From a virus: a stretch of 64,000 nt of DNA. The position numbers were made by a program, and so were the translations under genes. Position 1 is the stretch's first letter. Every line of letters starts with the position of its first letter. The DNA lies in the IMG/VR virus record IMGVR_UViG_3300027741_002766, positions 44,738 to 108,737 of that record. The stretch is one strand, 5' to 3'. A model generated the notes under the pieces. The model searched no databases. It had not been told where the DNA came from and was given only the letters and a program-made list of their open reading frames with translations. Shown here piece after piece: positions 13,101-20,676 of this stretch.

Positions 13101-13712
13101 ATTCACGCCCGGATCTGACTGTATCCAGAAATTATTGCCTGTTTGACTCACGTCGAATGTGTAATTGCCGCCACGCACCAGAGTGATCACAGGATTGTCA
13201 CCGGGTATGGTACTGAATTTATAGGCTGTGCTGGTTCGAGTGACTGTGAAGTTCTCGGTCAAGGGAATGGCCGTGGCATAAACATTCACAGCATTTGGTC
13301 CGCCAGGCAACCAGTAGTATTGACTGTAGTTTACAAATTTGTCAAAATTAACAAACGGATCCCAGGTATAGTATTCACTGGTATAAAGCCTATCACTGTT
13401 GTTGACAACCGCGCCTTGCACTGCCAAGGCATCTGTGATACCAGGATAGGTAATGGCATCTTTTATTTCGTTGGTATCTGGCTTGAGACTGATGACACCT
13501 GGCTCCAACTGATAGTTGGCTCGAGTGGCTGTGGGCTCCAGCACATAGTAGTCATTGGGATTGACGCCGGGTCCGACTCTGCGACCCACATAGCCCTGTG
13601 TTTTCTTGAATGCAGGTTCCTGAACCAATTGATCCAGTGTGGCATTCAAAAATTGCTTGTTGGGAGTGGTCTGAAATATATCAGGTAAAAAATCAACAGT
13701 GCGGATGGCCAT
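1185..13712 (-). CDS. Giant baseplate wedge / adhesin-like structural protein (4175 aa)
   Basis: Follows the gp6-like gene with a TAATG overlap. FG-GAP-like repeats (FGTSIAISADENWMYIGAPG, FGSAVKIDTSALTLTVGAP), W-x4-Y-x2-G-x2-V carbohydrate-binding-like repeats and a late 'YIKEVKPYH' wedge-like motif. Confidence 0.8.
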   Translation of the reverse strand: MAIRTVDFLPDIFQTTPNKQFLNATLDQLVQEPAFKKTQGYVGRRVGPGVNPNDYYVLEPTATRANYQLEPGVISLKPDTNEIKDAITYPGITDALAVQGAVVNNSDRLYTSEYYTWDPFVNFDKFVNYSQYYWLPGGPNAVNVYATAIPLTENFTVTRTSTAYKFSTIPGDNPVITLVRGGNYTFDVSQTGNNFWIQSDPGVNGRLPYAPNISSRDVLGVTNNGEDLGTVSFDVPFKNAQQFYYDLNSIGTVDLLTNLQFDQINNVYLSDFLAEYGGIDGITSLNNRTVVFTNQIADAQDGGWLITSQFDPLEQASANNGLPGSFDSLVFDQTVPITDPDTRYSVWLITYQYDNNGQPILQLSVQRPCPNLNKFTVLFGTQWASTSWYRDADGYFAEIPLLTAAKDVLWYQDGTNPDIFGQIRLIDQVSSTVINVATDILGKKNYTSPNGVVFTNNLKVQFLAPVVPASYANGDYYVAGVGTAIQLLPVTNYVTPETYTKSATIPFDSTSFDSTNFDAELNQPLVPDYLTIALDSPDLNAWTRSNRWFHVDVITASATYNNTTPVLDNAFRARRPILEFRGGTRLYQMGTQGKQPVDILDFVTTDAFSTVNGTVGYGVDGYNFINGTRVIFAKDTDPNVRDKIYVVNFVTLVEGDTPVIDLVPASDADVLVDQTVVSLSGNTLQGISFYYDGSQWVQAQQKTGVNQAPLFDVYDSNGYSLSNPVAYPSSTFAGSKLFSYAVGPGANDTVLGFPLQYLSINNIGDIVFDNNLYADTFLYVKDNVSYTKNVSTGFVRQYADRTVYQREIGWQTAAVKSKIYQQFSFTYAANTPLLLDVAALPVTTIPTVKVYVDSTFQDPGSYTYVTSDNTTTITFPANTVIVPGQVIEVLVLSNQVSAVAFYQVPVNLENNPLNQNANNLTLGTIRSHYDSIGQNLVGLTGKINGANNSRDLGNIVPFGLNILQQSAPMTMAGYFLRSADYNIFASLEYNSREYEKYKAQLLNAAVTGDYMNMTVSEILTTIITDLIAGRTSSNPFYWSDMIPASNTYTESTTVVTAITTQRFDTTQVYNYTSANYLGLLVYLNGRLLTRGIEYVVSTDAPTLTVLLPLVVGDQVVIQEYSETYGTFIPNTPTKLGLYPAFVPEIYLDTTYIEPRRVIRGHDGSITVAFDDYRDQLLLEFETRIYNNLKLDGNPVPLTATEVVPGQFRTTDYTLGEITQIESQDFLTWVGWNKLDYKSQDYRAANAFTWNYSTAGNKLNNNEPLAVGAWRGIYNYFYDTTSPNTRPWEMLGFTVMPSWWEAEYGPAPYTSGNLVLWDDLAAGLVRDPIAPYVLPQYARPQLTQVIPSSSEGLLLAPIEVMVGNFNSNNFQRNWAVGDDAPVENAWRTSSAYPFAIMRLLALTRPAEFFSLFADRDLYRYDPELGQYLYNGRYRLDANGIEVYGNGVSKASYIDWIVDYNRISGINSTDTLTADLKNLDVRLCYRMAAFSGKNLLQIYTEKSSPNSLNSSLLLPDESYNLLFYKNVPFDQLTYSSIIVQSTANGWAVYGYSTTQPYFNILVSRVNGVLSTINAGGYEVRVPVTYTNRVVQVPYGYVFTNRTLVADFLLSYGALLQQQGMLFTQLENGYMLDWNQMVSEFLYWSGQGWAEGSIINLNPGATQVIVERPGAIVDSIALQTTENMVLNAERTPFATRDLVVERLDNTFTLKSLTADTINYFHIKFTSYENMVVLDNQSIFADLIYYPATGARQNRVRLIGSTSQNWNGQLNAPGFILNQNNVKEWDPLRKYARGEIVLYKNFYYSAVDIVQPSPEFNFNYWTRSDYTKIQQGLLPNLSNKSDQLANSYDVYQANLEINQDLFAYNLIGFKPREYMVALNLDSTSQVNLYRQFLGTKGTVRAAEIFTFADLGRGVSEYNIYENWAIQRGTYGANANKSFYELRLNEALLTSNPSLIQVTIPDEPSLAQQTVYVDNLWAESYRITTPDILTTTLVKKTDTALPSAGYVNVDDVDITVFNINNTASLAAELNNVNVGTIIWVAKINDYDWGIYRTAQIPAQVTQINSNLNGTSVIRFNRAHGLVADNILLLKYFGSGADGVYTVLNVPGINQVTVSFSFLQQDQIVATGTGTAFTLQSQRVAQGSDIITLPYANDLIPGDRAWIDNNGAGLWEVVQKQEVFHTSGQLTVVPSVASNKFGAGVAQARDNVFAFVGSPGYNSGAGALYTYVRTSTNPFTQNSLLQSNAVGVYGLGTAVSVGNQTWGAVGAPASLGADSSANSGYVAVIYRFPNSPSFAISNLLTVPNASYINSASEFGTSIAISADENWMYIGAPGINQVFAYGLVPVETQLETYITDGVSYSYNYSDNIVIDSGAYQQLFVVLNNQLLTYSTDYTVTADSVVLNSTPVKDLQLKIGRRVAQTFTGNGITQVFSLNEYLYSALNIYSFNVTVNGIVQRPTIDYTFSNSTRDITFTAAPTGTIGVTTQSYYNYVTSLAPGGLAADARFGQSVSCGTDGRQVMIGCSNNTYNGVTYAGSVYVYDRSVQQFIVTSATQTVYQTDASLVAPTSVSLNNQFLINTAGNPDGQYTVTGSNQITLTTPAAVGDILVVEVNTFNQIQQIGSDAPTSSANYGQAVDLCRYNCSLYVGAPQDGSVLPGAGLVERQVNQSRVYGITTSTINATLTPGDTIRINNQEVALTAPAAWLVGSAYTVGTIVINSSSLYVAVRAVPTGTSLGDTTYWQPSSWAAQLAYNINSSTVPNVMAYAGVAGTQTFGLLTISVKNLDAAVAGNKLTVLPGLVGNIFSSMGFETFVYTQTIESPYPAAYAAFGSAVKIDTSALTLTVGAPRGNLYRPNTFDGGNTYFDSKTTTFSGPLVQSGAVYTYDYFASTNSSVSNPGKFAFGQQVYDQSIQQLYQYGASVDYTNGILLAGSPTGNSNAGQVSIFNNPDLSPAWRVTHVQQPVVDVALINGVFSYDRITGAKTAFFDFFDPLQGKILGAAQQNIDYTGAVDPAAYNVGAKNNNGRIWAVGQVGQIWWDTNSVRFIDPNQDDIVYAARRWGQIFPGSSVDVYQWTASSVPPGNYTGPGTPRTTTNYSVTTGLTTTGVFGTTYYFWVKNITTINSTAGKTLSPTGIARYIADPRASGIPYVAFVSASATAIYNATDLISAQDTVLSIEFDRQLTDDNVHVQYDLLPQDRAEAFLPANLYQKFQDSFCGADPQGNLVPDPTLSPALRYGVQFRPRQSMFADRFLALQNYLEYVNAVLLQYPISEIRNFALLNSSDPEPAAGLGAWNKRVANIEQLSYQDLAQVPVGYLYLVASDSTQNGLWTIYAVTAAKTFDTLFLTRVQNYDTRNYWQYVTWYRPGYNSSTKIIAQVANYADLATLSVAQAPVGSSVKVTANSQGKFEIYLRTDVGWDRVGLQDGTIQFRTELWDYALGRFGFDVEVFDAQHFDQEPVTETRKIIQAINEQLLIDELLIERNRALILMFNFVLSEFEAPGWLNMTSLIDVDHKVRQLLPYQTYQQDNQDFVLNYIKEVKPYHVSIRAFNLIYNGFDAYQGSMADFDLPAFYNNSQVPNQYMSPILTPYDLSTAQGTGHASIYSDVAPSSTLWQTQPYSFWFENYALSIQDVIIVDGGSGYTVAPQLTVSGVCTTPAQMTATVNSAGHINQVIITDPGSGYTTTATVTITGGNGTGGQIVAVMGNKLVRSINTTIKYDRYQYATTIVPWEPNVTYTTGKQVRYVNRVWSANTTVTSSTFDPANWTTVAASSLSGVDRTMGFYVPGPNEPGLDLPLLIDGVDYPGVQVAAPSFAQNTGFDVGNFDVSPFDNISYGPDGQPTYDLGILDATYESSFLDPYLGTRATDINVVGGEFVGPYESHAPEELVPGAIFDTLDLRVYSREITYYTGNGATTGPYAVPAGATDVEVAINNIVVAASTYTFAGSSVTFNTAPANGAVIVILENEPNPGIELRIFQDMRGVQASYRMTTATTTILTQDLAIDDDVAYVDNAGALAEPDLANNIWGVLTVNGERIMYRERDLIANTVSSLLRGTAGTAAAAHVTDAVVYNLNRDNLAPVLYQDHYVGSNTLADGATTVFTADVDLSSPGLSFAQKCVLVYVGGLLQTSGYTVTVDNPVTVEFDTAPAQGYQVSIQVRQGLGWYGAGVYPTTGTPLQDSTTPAAEFFRG

Positions 13713-16700
13713 TAAATTACTCCACTGCCGGGTGCAGTTCTAATATTGGTACTGGTCAGGGCAGTGATTACTTCAATGTTGCTGACCAAGGCGCCGTTGA
13801 CAAATATTTCACTGGGGCCACTACGTATTTCGTACAAGTCACCAAAACTCTTCAGCGGGTCCAATGGCACTAGTACCACTGAACTGACCACGCCACCCAT
13901 GTTGGCATGAATGTAGGCAGCCAGTTCTGAAAAATAGAATGTCTGTCCAAAATCCCATTTGTCAATGCTGAAATAACTGTTGAGGTTGGCCAGCACAAGA
14001 TTCTTGATTTCACTTTCACTGGCAGTGCTGTCAGCGGCACGGATAACTTTGATGGTGGCCTGCAACTCTTTGGCTGCTTTGGGTCCAAACAATGGCTTGA
14101 ATACCACGCTGTTCACAATCACATTGTCGCTGATCATTTTGTAATCATTGAGTCCTTGATAGGCTGTACTCAGTTGATCTATTGTGGGCACAGCAGGTTT
14201 GGGCACTGTGCCGGTGGTATCTCGCAGCCAATTCTGATAGGCAGTATAGTAGGCCTGATTGACCACATACAAGTCGATGATGTTGGTGGTGCCTGGATCA
14301 ATTCTGCTGGTCAGCGAGGCATTGTGTCTGTATTGATAGTAAAGACTTTGTCGACCAACACGAGCCTGCCATTGATCTGACACTTCTACAAGACTGCGCA
14401 CACCAGTTACACTGATGGCCAACAGGTAGAAGGCTCCCAGTTGACCGGCCAAGGGTCCAATGGCAATGGTCTGATTGTAAGCGTAGAATACCTGTCCCGG
14501 AACGTACTGTGTCAAGACCACTTCAATGGCATCTTTGGTAGCATAGTCTGAATTAACGCGACCTGGTTCTACCAAGAGATAACGCTGGAGGTTGTCAAAG
14601 TCCACTGTCTTTTCAAAGAATACCAATTTGGTAGTGGGGTTCACAGCAGGCGCTACTATTTCATTAAAGAAGTCTGGATCAATTGGGGCACCATTACCGG
14701 GGGAATATTCATAACTGACAAATACTTCAAAGTCATCCACAAAACCATCACTGGCCACTGGTTGTCCAACAATGCTCATGCGGATGTCGCCAGGCAGTGG
14801 AATATGTGTGTCAGGTCTTGAATTGGTCTTTAATACATTCACAAAATCACTGATCACTGAGCCTGTGCGACTATCGTAGATGCGTTGTCCTGTTTCAAAG
14901 AAAAATCTTGTTTGCAGTACTGAGCCAAACAGGTAAAACAGCGCACGGCTGGTCACTGTGTAACTGCTGCCGTTGGTCACAAATTGAATCAGCCATGAAG
15001 CATCTTGATTGGTGCCTGTGGTACTGCCTGCGTACTGTTGACTCCAGGCAGCATTGGTGGCCAAGTTAGTGCTGGTGATCACATACCACGTGTAAGGTGT
15101 GCCTGTGATTGTGCCTGTGCTGTCATAGCCAAGACCAAAGTTTCGATACAATAAAATTTGATCAGTTATACTGGTCACCGTGGTGCTGGGCAAGTCTGTC
15201 ACAAACAGGGGAATAACCGACACAGGAATAGCACCAGTAGGAACAAAATTGTTCAGTATGACAGGACCAGCGCCTGTGGTAAAATTGCCTTGGCCTTGGT
15301 TGGTGCCATCCAACACAATGGCTGTGGGGCTGGCCCAGATAATCAATCGGTCGTTGTCCTGAGTGGGCGATCCCAACTTCAATTCATTGTTGCTGTTAAA
15401 ATAGTAGCCCTGTGGTGGCACAAATTGTACCAGTGAACCCACCTGTATGAACTTGCTCACAGTACTGCTGTAGGTTCCAATGGCAGCAGGGTAACCCAAC
15501 GAATTTACAAAGTAACCAGTGGTCTCGTTGGACAATGTTGTGCTTTGATGCCAGGTAAAACCCAGTGGCACAAGATCAGGTCTTGGAAAGTTGTCATAGT
15601 AAAATTGATCTAGACCTGTGGAAATCAACAGAGGTTGAATTTGATTGGTGATCACGGTGGCCACATCATTGCGTGTGAGCCAGGTGAAGTTGAATGTGGG
15701 CAGTTGATTTTCTTCCCACAAGGCACCATCACTGCCAAAGGTGTTGGTTGAAGAGTATTTGCCGGTATTGTCAACTAGATCAAGATATCTTGACGTGCCA
15801 ATGGATGCACGATTCAAGGCCTTGCTCTTGATAATCGAATTGTACAGTGTGAATGGGAAGTTGTTGTAGTCTTCGCCATTGACCATGCGGTTCTGTGTGT
15901 AGTACCTAGCAGGCGCACGTTGCTTGATTTCGTCCAAGGTCTCACGAGGTTGTGCGTTGCTCACCGGCTGTGTAATACCGCAGGTGAATGTGATTGTTTC
16001 TATGTTTCCAGTGCGGCTCACATAACTGATAGGTATGATCACACTCTGCATTTCTTCTGGATTGATAATGTAGGCCAGTCCGTTTGAAGCGCGAACATAA
16101 CAACGGAAGGTGCCCACCGGAATAGTGCTGAACACACCGTCGCCAAATGTCAGTGTGATTTGATCATTGGTTCTACTGACCACTGAAAACAATTTGCGTT
16201 GATCTGGAGCCAGTTGCTCGGTGGCAGCCGCGTACACACTCTGCACGTACTGCCATTCATATTGTACATTGCCCACTGTGTCTAGTTGAAACAGCCAACG
16301 GTCTTCGTTGTTGACACCTTCAATGTTGATGGGCACTGTCTGGTTGGCCACACGCTCACCAAGATTGAAATCTTGATTTTGTAGTACACCTTGCTTGAAA
16401 TAAAAGAAATAGCCGGTGTTGGCGCTGGCAAATCCCAATTGATCGTTGCGGAACAACACATTGAATATACCGTTGGGCAAGGGACTGGGTTCGTACACAT
16501 AGTCTCGTCCCACCGATGTTGAATTTACTGCTTCAAATGGCATGTTGACGCCGTCTACTGTGGCAGTGTAAGGAATCACTGGCAGGTATCCTGGCACCAA
16601 GTTGATGCTGTATTCGCTTGTGTCAACTCCCACTATGGTCTGTTTGGCCCCTGGACGACCAACTCGTTGTGTATTGACCAATGCCGCATTGATAATAGCA

Positions 16701-17170
16701 GTGAATTGTTCTACCCAGTTGAAATTGGTAGGATCATTCCAGTTGATTGTGACATTGGCCAAATTGACGCCATTGAAATCTGTGACATTTTCGGTGGTTT
16801 GTACGCTGAATACTTTGAGATAACCTTGTGAGGCCTGATTGCGTTTGGGAGTGTAACTGACCAGTTCAGCCAGTTTGACCACGCTGTCTCTGCGCTCGGC
16901 TGTGCCTAGATAATTTTCTCTAGTGTTTAGATCATTGCGGAAACTCATGGCCTGACCCATGAACGCAATCACATCCAGCATGGCAATAAATTCTGAACTT
17001 TCAATGTAGTCATTGAAACTTTCAGGATAGTATTGGCGTATGTAGTCTACAAAACTCTTGCGCAAGGCTTCAAAGTTGTAACTTTGAAAGTCTGCCTCTC
17101 TATAGGTTTCGTAGATGCGTTTCCAATCCTCAACGCCAAATACAACTGTTTGTCTAGTGGTTCTTGCCAT
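13712..17170 (-). CDS. Baseplate wedge subunit, T4 gp6-like
   Basis: N-terminal 'DFQSYNFEALRKSFVDYIRQYYPESFNDY...ENYLGTAERRDSVVKLAELVSYTP' and 'ETLDEIKQRAPARYYTQNRMVNGEDY', characteristic of gp6/baseplate J proteins. Confidence 0.85.
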   Translation of the reverse strand: MARTTRQTVVFGVEDWKRIYETYREADFQSYNFEALRKSFVDYIRQYYPESFNDYIESSEFIAMLDVIAFMGQAMSFRNDLNTRENYLGTAERRDSVVKLAELVSYTPKRNQASQGYLKVFSVQTTENVTDFNGVNLANVTINWNDPTNFNWVEQFTAIINAALVNTQRVGRPGAKQTIVGVDTSEYSINLVPGYLPVIPYTATVDGVNMPFEAVNSTSVGRDYVYEPSPLPNGIFNVLFRNDQLGFASANTGYFFYFKQGVLQNQDFNLGERVANQTVPINIEGVNNEDRWLFQLDTVGNVQYEWQYVQSVYAAATEQLAPDQRKLFSVVSRTNDQITLTFGDGVFSTIPVGTFRCYVRASNGLAYIINPEEMQSVIIPISYVSRTGNIETITFTCGITQPVSNAQPRETLDEIKQRAPARYYTQNRMVNGEDYNNFPFTLYNSIIKSKALNRASIGTSRYLDLVDNTGKYSSTNTFGSDGALWEENQLPTFNFTWLTRNDVATVITNQIQPLLISTGLDQFYYDNFPRPDLVPLGFTWHQSTTLSNETTGYFVNSLGYPAAIGTYSSTVSKFIQVGSLVQFVPPQGYYFNSNNELKLGSPTQDNDRLIIWASPTAIVLDGTNQGQGNFTTGAGPVILNNFVPTGAIPVSVIPLFVTDLPSTTVTSITDQILLYRNFGLGYDSTGTITGTPYTWYVITSTNLATNAAWSQQYAGSTTGTNQDASWLIQFVTNGSSYTVTSRALFYLFGSVLQTRFFFETGQRIYDSRTGSVISDFVNVLKTNSRPDTHIPLPGDIRMSIVGQPVASDGFVDDFEVFVSYEYSPGNGAPIDPDFFNEIVAPAVNPTTKLVFFEKTVDFDNLQRYLLVEPGRVNSDYATKDAIEVVLTQYVPGQVFYAYNQTIAIGPLAGQLGAFYLLAISVTGVRSLVEVSDQWQARVGRQSLYYQYRHNASLTSRIDPGTTNIIDLYVVNQAYYTAYQNWLRDTTGTVPKPAVPTIDQLSTAYQGLNDYKMISDNVIVNSVVFKPLFGPKAAKELQATIKVIRAADSTASESEIKNLVLANLNSYFSIDKWDFGQTFYFSELAAYIHANMGGVVSSVVLVPLDPLKSFGDLYEIRSGPSEIFVNGALVSNIEVITALTSTNIRTAPGSGVI

Positions 17171-17186
17171 AATAGTCCGTTTCTTT

Positions 17187-17192
17187 TATTTA
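17187..17192 (-). promoter_or_regulatory. Late promoter TAAATA
   Basis: AATAAATA 16 nt upstream of the gp6-like ATG, with a GGA SD between. Confidence 0.6.
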
Positions 17193-17213
17193 TTGCAAAA
17201 ATAAACGGCGTAG

Positions 17214-17588
17214 TTATACGTAACTGGCACGTCGGGTTTCTTGATTTAAAAATATACTCAGCAATTCTGTAGTCTGGCTTGGTACCAACTGTACCTGCAA
17301 TTCTATCAACACACCGTTTTGTTGTGGATAGTAGTTGACATCACTGAGATATACTCTTGGATCGCCACCAGCAATTCTTTGTATTTCGGCCAGAATAGCA
17401 GTTTCTGTGGTGTTGTCTTGATTTTCAAAGATTGCATCTGCCAAGGTAGATCCATACGCAGGACGGCCGGGCAAGGTTCCTTGACGAATGTTGAAAGCAT
17501 TCAAGAGGTCACGCTTGATCAACTCACCGTCAGTGAGTGTGAATTTTTTGTATTGATTAATTGTGCTATAGCCTACAAATGTGGTCAT
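17214..17588 (-). CDS. Baseplate wedge / sheath initiator, T4 gp25-like
   Basis: 'LIKRDLLNAFNIRQGTLPGRPAYGSTL...EIQRIAGGDPRV', the GPW/gp25 pattern; adjacent to gp6-like gene. Confidence 0.85.
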   Translation of the reverse strand: MTTFVGYSTINQYKKFTLTDGELIKRDLLNAFNIRQGTLPGRPAYGSTLADAIFENQDNTTETAILAEIQRIAGGDPRVYLSDVNYYPQQNGVLIELQVQLVPSQTTELLSIFLNQETRRASYV

Positions 17589-17593
17589 AAAGG

Positions 17594-17599
17594 TATTTA
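17594..17599 (-). promoter_or_regulatory. Late promoter TAAATA (leaderless type)
   Basis: CATAAATA-CCTTT-ATG. Confidence 0.6.
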
Positions 17600-17608
17600 T
17601 GTGTGCAG

Positions 17609-19165
17609 TTACCAGAAACTAGCAATGTACTCAATTGCTTCTGCGGCATACTCTTGTGCGCCAGCAATAATTTCCTCTGCACCAGTTGTCAAAGCGGATA
17701 CATCAAAATTGGACAGTGCTGATGAGTCCAGTCCCAAGGCGTCAAGTCCTGTTTCCAGTAATTCTTTTCCATAGGTCTGCAGTTCTGCCAATACTTCTTT
17801 TGATCCGGGTATGTCTTTCAACAACTCTCCAACTCCTGGCAGACTTTTTGCTTGATCCAGCAATTGTGCGGCTCCTTTTACTTCTGTCAAAAGGCCCTGC
17901 CCTGATTGTAACAAACTGATTATGGGATTGGCTCCGGGCACTTGACTCAGTGCCGCCACACCGGCTGCGGTCGAAGCCAATCTAGTGAGCAGGATTGATG
18001 CCGACTGATTTACTGTGCTCAGTTGCGTGGCCTGTGCTCGTATGTCAATACCCAGTACAGGGTTGGCAAATATATTGCGAGGTATCTTATCAGTACCTAT
18101 GATGCTGTTGAAAGCAGTGTCTACCACTGAGCGATTGACTGTGTGAGAATAGCCCTTGGGGGATTGAACTCCTGTCTGTAAAGGATTTCCGCCTCCACTG
18201 ACTGATTGGTTTACTGAGCCAAAATTTTGACCAAATATTGAATTAATAGTCGATGTGGTCAATTGACCAATATCGCTGCCGCCTAGTGTGTTGTTCAACC
18301 AACCCAGGGTAGGTCCTAGACCAAAGTTGGCAGCATTGTTCACAAGAGGCCCAACAGTTGATGCAGTGTCGGCCAATGCTGGCAGTCCCAATCTGTAACG
18401 AATAATAGGGTCAGTGGGATCGGCGTTGCCCAACGATTGCAGTTGTTCTGCTGTGAGTCCGGCATATGGATCTGCCAAACTGCTTGTGGTATCATTAACC
18501 ACTCCCAACTCTGACAAGTTGCTGTAACTGCTGGCCAAACAACTTTGTTGGGCCACGCTCTGTAATGTGGGGTTGGTCAGCACAGCGTCCAAACTGTCAG
18601 CACCACCTAGACCAGTCCACACTGTGGGACTGCTGAGAGTACTGACCAGGTTGGCAGGATCTTGGTTGACCAACTCTGCTGTGCCAGGTTTGATTAAACC
18701 AGCCTGTTGCAGTTGATCGGCTGAAAGCCCAAATGTACCAAGACCTTTTTCGTTAGTGACTTCAGCGGCTGTTTGATTTGTGGCCGCAGCCGTGGAAGAC
18801 ATAAGCCCTTGAACCTGTGTGGTTGTGAGTGGGCCCACAGGGCTGCCAGCCAACACTGTGGTATTGACAAATGTAGATATCGAGGTTGGGTTAGGTGCTG
18901 GGAGATTGGGTATCTTGGTCAAGATTCCAGCAATAGTTGCTAGGTTGCCAGTGCTCACAGCCGATGTGACCTGACTCAAGGCCGTCACAAGGCCTCCTTT
19001 GGCCTGTACTAGGCTGTTCAATACATCACCGGCTCGCAGTCCTGATAGGCTGCCGGTAGCATACTGTTGATTGAATATGGCCTGTGCTTGGTCGTAGGTA
19101 GATCCTGCTGGTCCAGTCATTTCTACTGTTTGACCTGTAGGGGTGACAAATTTAAATACGTTCAT
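17609..19165 (-). CDS. Baseplate/tail-associated protein
   Basis: Start placed at ATG 19165 (ATGA overlap with the upstream stop). Ala/Thr/Gly-rich; contains one copy of the DPYAGLT-EQ...DPTDP module. Confidence 0.7.
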   Translation of the reverse strand: MNVFKFVTPTGQTVEMTGPAGSTYDQAQAIFNQQYATGSLSGLRAGDVLNSLVQAKGGLVTALSQVTSAVSTGNLATIAGILTKIPNLPAPNPTSISTFVNTTVLAGSPVGPLTTTQVQGLMSSTAAATNQTAAEVTNEKGLGTFGLSADQLQQAGLIKPGTAELVNQDPANLVSTLSSPTVWTGLGGADSLDAVLTNPTLQSVAQQSCLASSYSNLSELGVVNDTTSSLADPYAGLTAEQLQSLGNADPTDPIIRYRLGLPALADTASTVGPLVNNAANFGLGPTLGWLNNTLGGSDIGQLTTSTINSIFGQNFGSVNQSVSGGGNPLQTGVQSPKGYSHTVNRSVVDTAFNSIIGTDKIPRNIFANPVLGIDIRAQATQLSTVNQSASILLTRLASTAAGVAALSQVPGANPIISLLQSGQGLLTEVKGAAQLLDQAKSLPGVGELLKDIPGSKEVLAELQTYGKELLETGLDALGLDSSALSNFDVSALTTGAEEIIAGAQEYAAEAIEYIASFW

Positions 19166-20667
19166 TTGACTTGTAGATTCCATCCTGCTGGCACAGGTAC
19201 AGCCGTGGGCGGTGGTGTGGGTTGGCCATTCACAAAATCCACCACCACACTCACACCTTGGTTGTGATATTTATAGGGTTCATGTGTGGGTGCTCGTGTG
19301 ACAATACTTTCTAGTGCACCGGCCTTGACCTGCCAACCCTTGCTGTTGTTGAACACAGTGTCGTCCAAGGTGCGTTTGGGATACAGTTTGGGTGGTGTCA
19401 CTGTCTTGGCTGATCCGCCATTGAGATCAATTCTGCCTGCTTTGAGACTCAGTTTTGTTCCACCTTTCCACGAACTTGTTTCGCCCTGTAGGCTCAAACT
19501 TCCGTCACTGCGAATACCAATCTTGGCTGTGCTGTACAAGGTCATGCCTGTTTCGGCTGCTAGATTCATGGTAGTCACTGCACCAATGTTGGTGGCTGCA
19601 CCACTCTTCATGCTGATGTTGCCACCAGCATACATGTTGATGTCTTTGTCAGCATGCAGATTGATAGTGCCTTCTGTACGCACGTTCACACTGTTGGTAC
19701 TATACACATCCACTGTGCCTTCCACTCCCAGTTCAATCCAGGTTTGCCCATTGGCATGTGCTATATAGATAAAATCGCCCGAATCGTTCATCATAACCTG
19801 ATGGCCCTTGGCCGATCTCATGCGGAACAAGGCATTGTTGCCGTCAAGGTCTCCATCATCCATCACAAGAGTGTGCCCGCCATAGCGACCAATTATCTTG
19901 ACATCTTGTGGATTTACTGTGGTAGTGCTCAATTGCTTTCTTATGGCAGCAGGATCCTGCCCGCCAGCATACACAGGCTTGCCTGGTGTTGATATACCAT
20001 ACACTGTGCTGGGGCTTTCTCTTTGTGCAGTGGAACCAATGGGTCCGCGTTCGGTGTCGTTGCTGAGCCCTTGTTGAAAGTATATGGCCGCCTGTACCGA
20101 GTGTACTGGCTTGGGTTGATCAAAGAATCTAGGATTCTGTTCAGTTTGCTTATTTTCTGTGTTGATCTCAGTGACTGGCAGTTGCGCCGAATTGGCAAAG
20201 TACGCGGCCTGTGCCTTGTTGTCTGTTACGTATTGACCTTTGACGGATGCTCCTATGGCTGGCAACATGTGATTGAGACCTGGTTCAGGTATACAACCCA
20301 CATAGTATCCCAAGTTAGGGTCGCCATTCACAAAGAAACACAGTACTCGAGTACCAATATCCGGAGGCGTAAACCACATGCCATAACTTTGCTGATTTCC
20401 AGGATAGGTGCCTGCACCTGTGCTGGTACTGTCCTTGGGTGTGAGTCCATAGAATGGCGGCAGGTAGTTGACTGTTCGCCAGGTGCTGGGATTGTCTTCG
20501 CCGCCTTGGTTGAACTGTTCAATAAAAACTTTGAGTTGGCCGCCACGAGCATCGTCCACATTGTTCTTGACCGTGCCCACAAATGGGCCTACGTCAGCAA
20601 TTTGTCCCCCGCGGTCAAATTTGAAATTTTCTGATCTGCCTGAACTTCGTTCTAGATTTTCTGCCAT
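19162..20667 (-). CDS. Baseplate hub / central spike, gp5/VgrG-like
   Basis: OB-fold-like N-terminus (GTVKNNVDDARGGQLKVFI...YGMWFTPPDIGTRVLCFF), then 'GGHTLVMDDG' and beta-helix repeats (INLHADKDINMYAGGNISMKSG). Confidence 0.8.
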   Translation of the reverse strand: MAENLERSSGRSENFKFDRGGQIADVGPFVGTVKNNVDDARGGQLKVFIEQFNQGGEDNPSTWRTVNYLPPFYGLTPKDSTSTGAGTYPGNQQSYGMWFTPPDIGTRVLCFFVNGDPNLGYYVGCIPEPGLNHMLPAIGASVKGQYVTDNKAQAAYFANSAQLPVTEINTENKQTEQNPRFFDQPKPVHSVQAAIYFQQGLSNDTERGPIGSTAQRESPSTVYGISTPGKPVYAGGQDPAAIRKQLSTTTVNPQDVKIIGRYGGHTLVMDDGDLDGNNALFRMRSAKGHQVMMNDSGDFIYIAHANGQTWIELGVEGTVDVYSTNSVNVRTEGTINLHADKDINMYAGGNISMKSGAATNIGAVTTMNLAAETGMTLYSTAKIGIRSDGSLSLQGETSSWKGGTKLSLKAGRIDLNGGSAKTVTPPKLYPKRTLDDTVFNNSKGWQVKAGALESIVTRAPTHEPYKYHNQGVSVVVDFVNGQPTPPPTAVPVPAGWNLQVK

Positions 20668-20676
20668 TGCTGTTCC

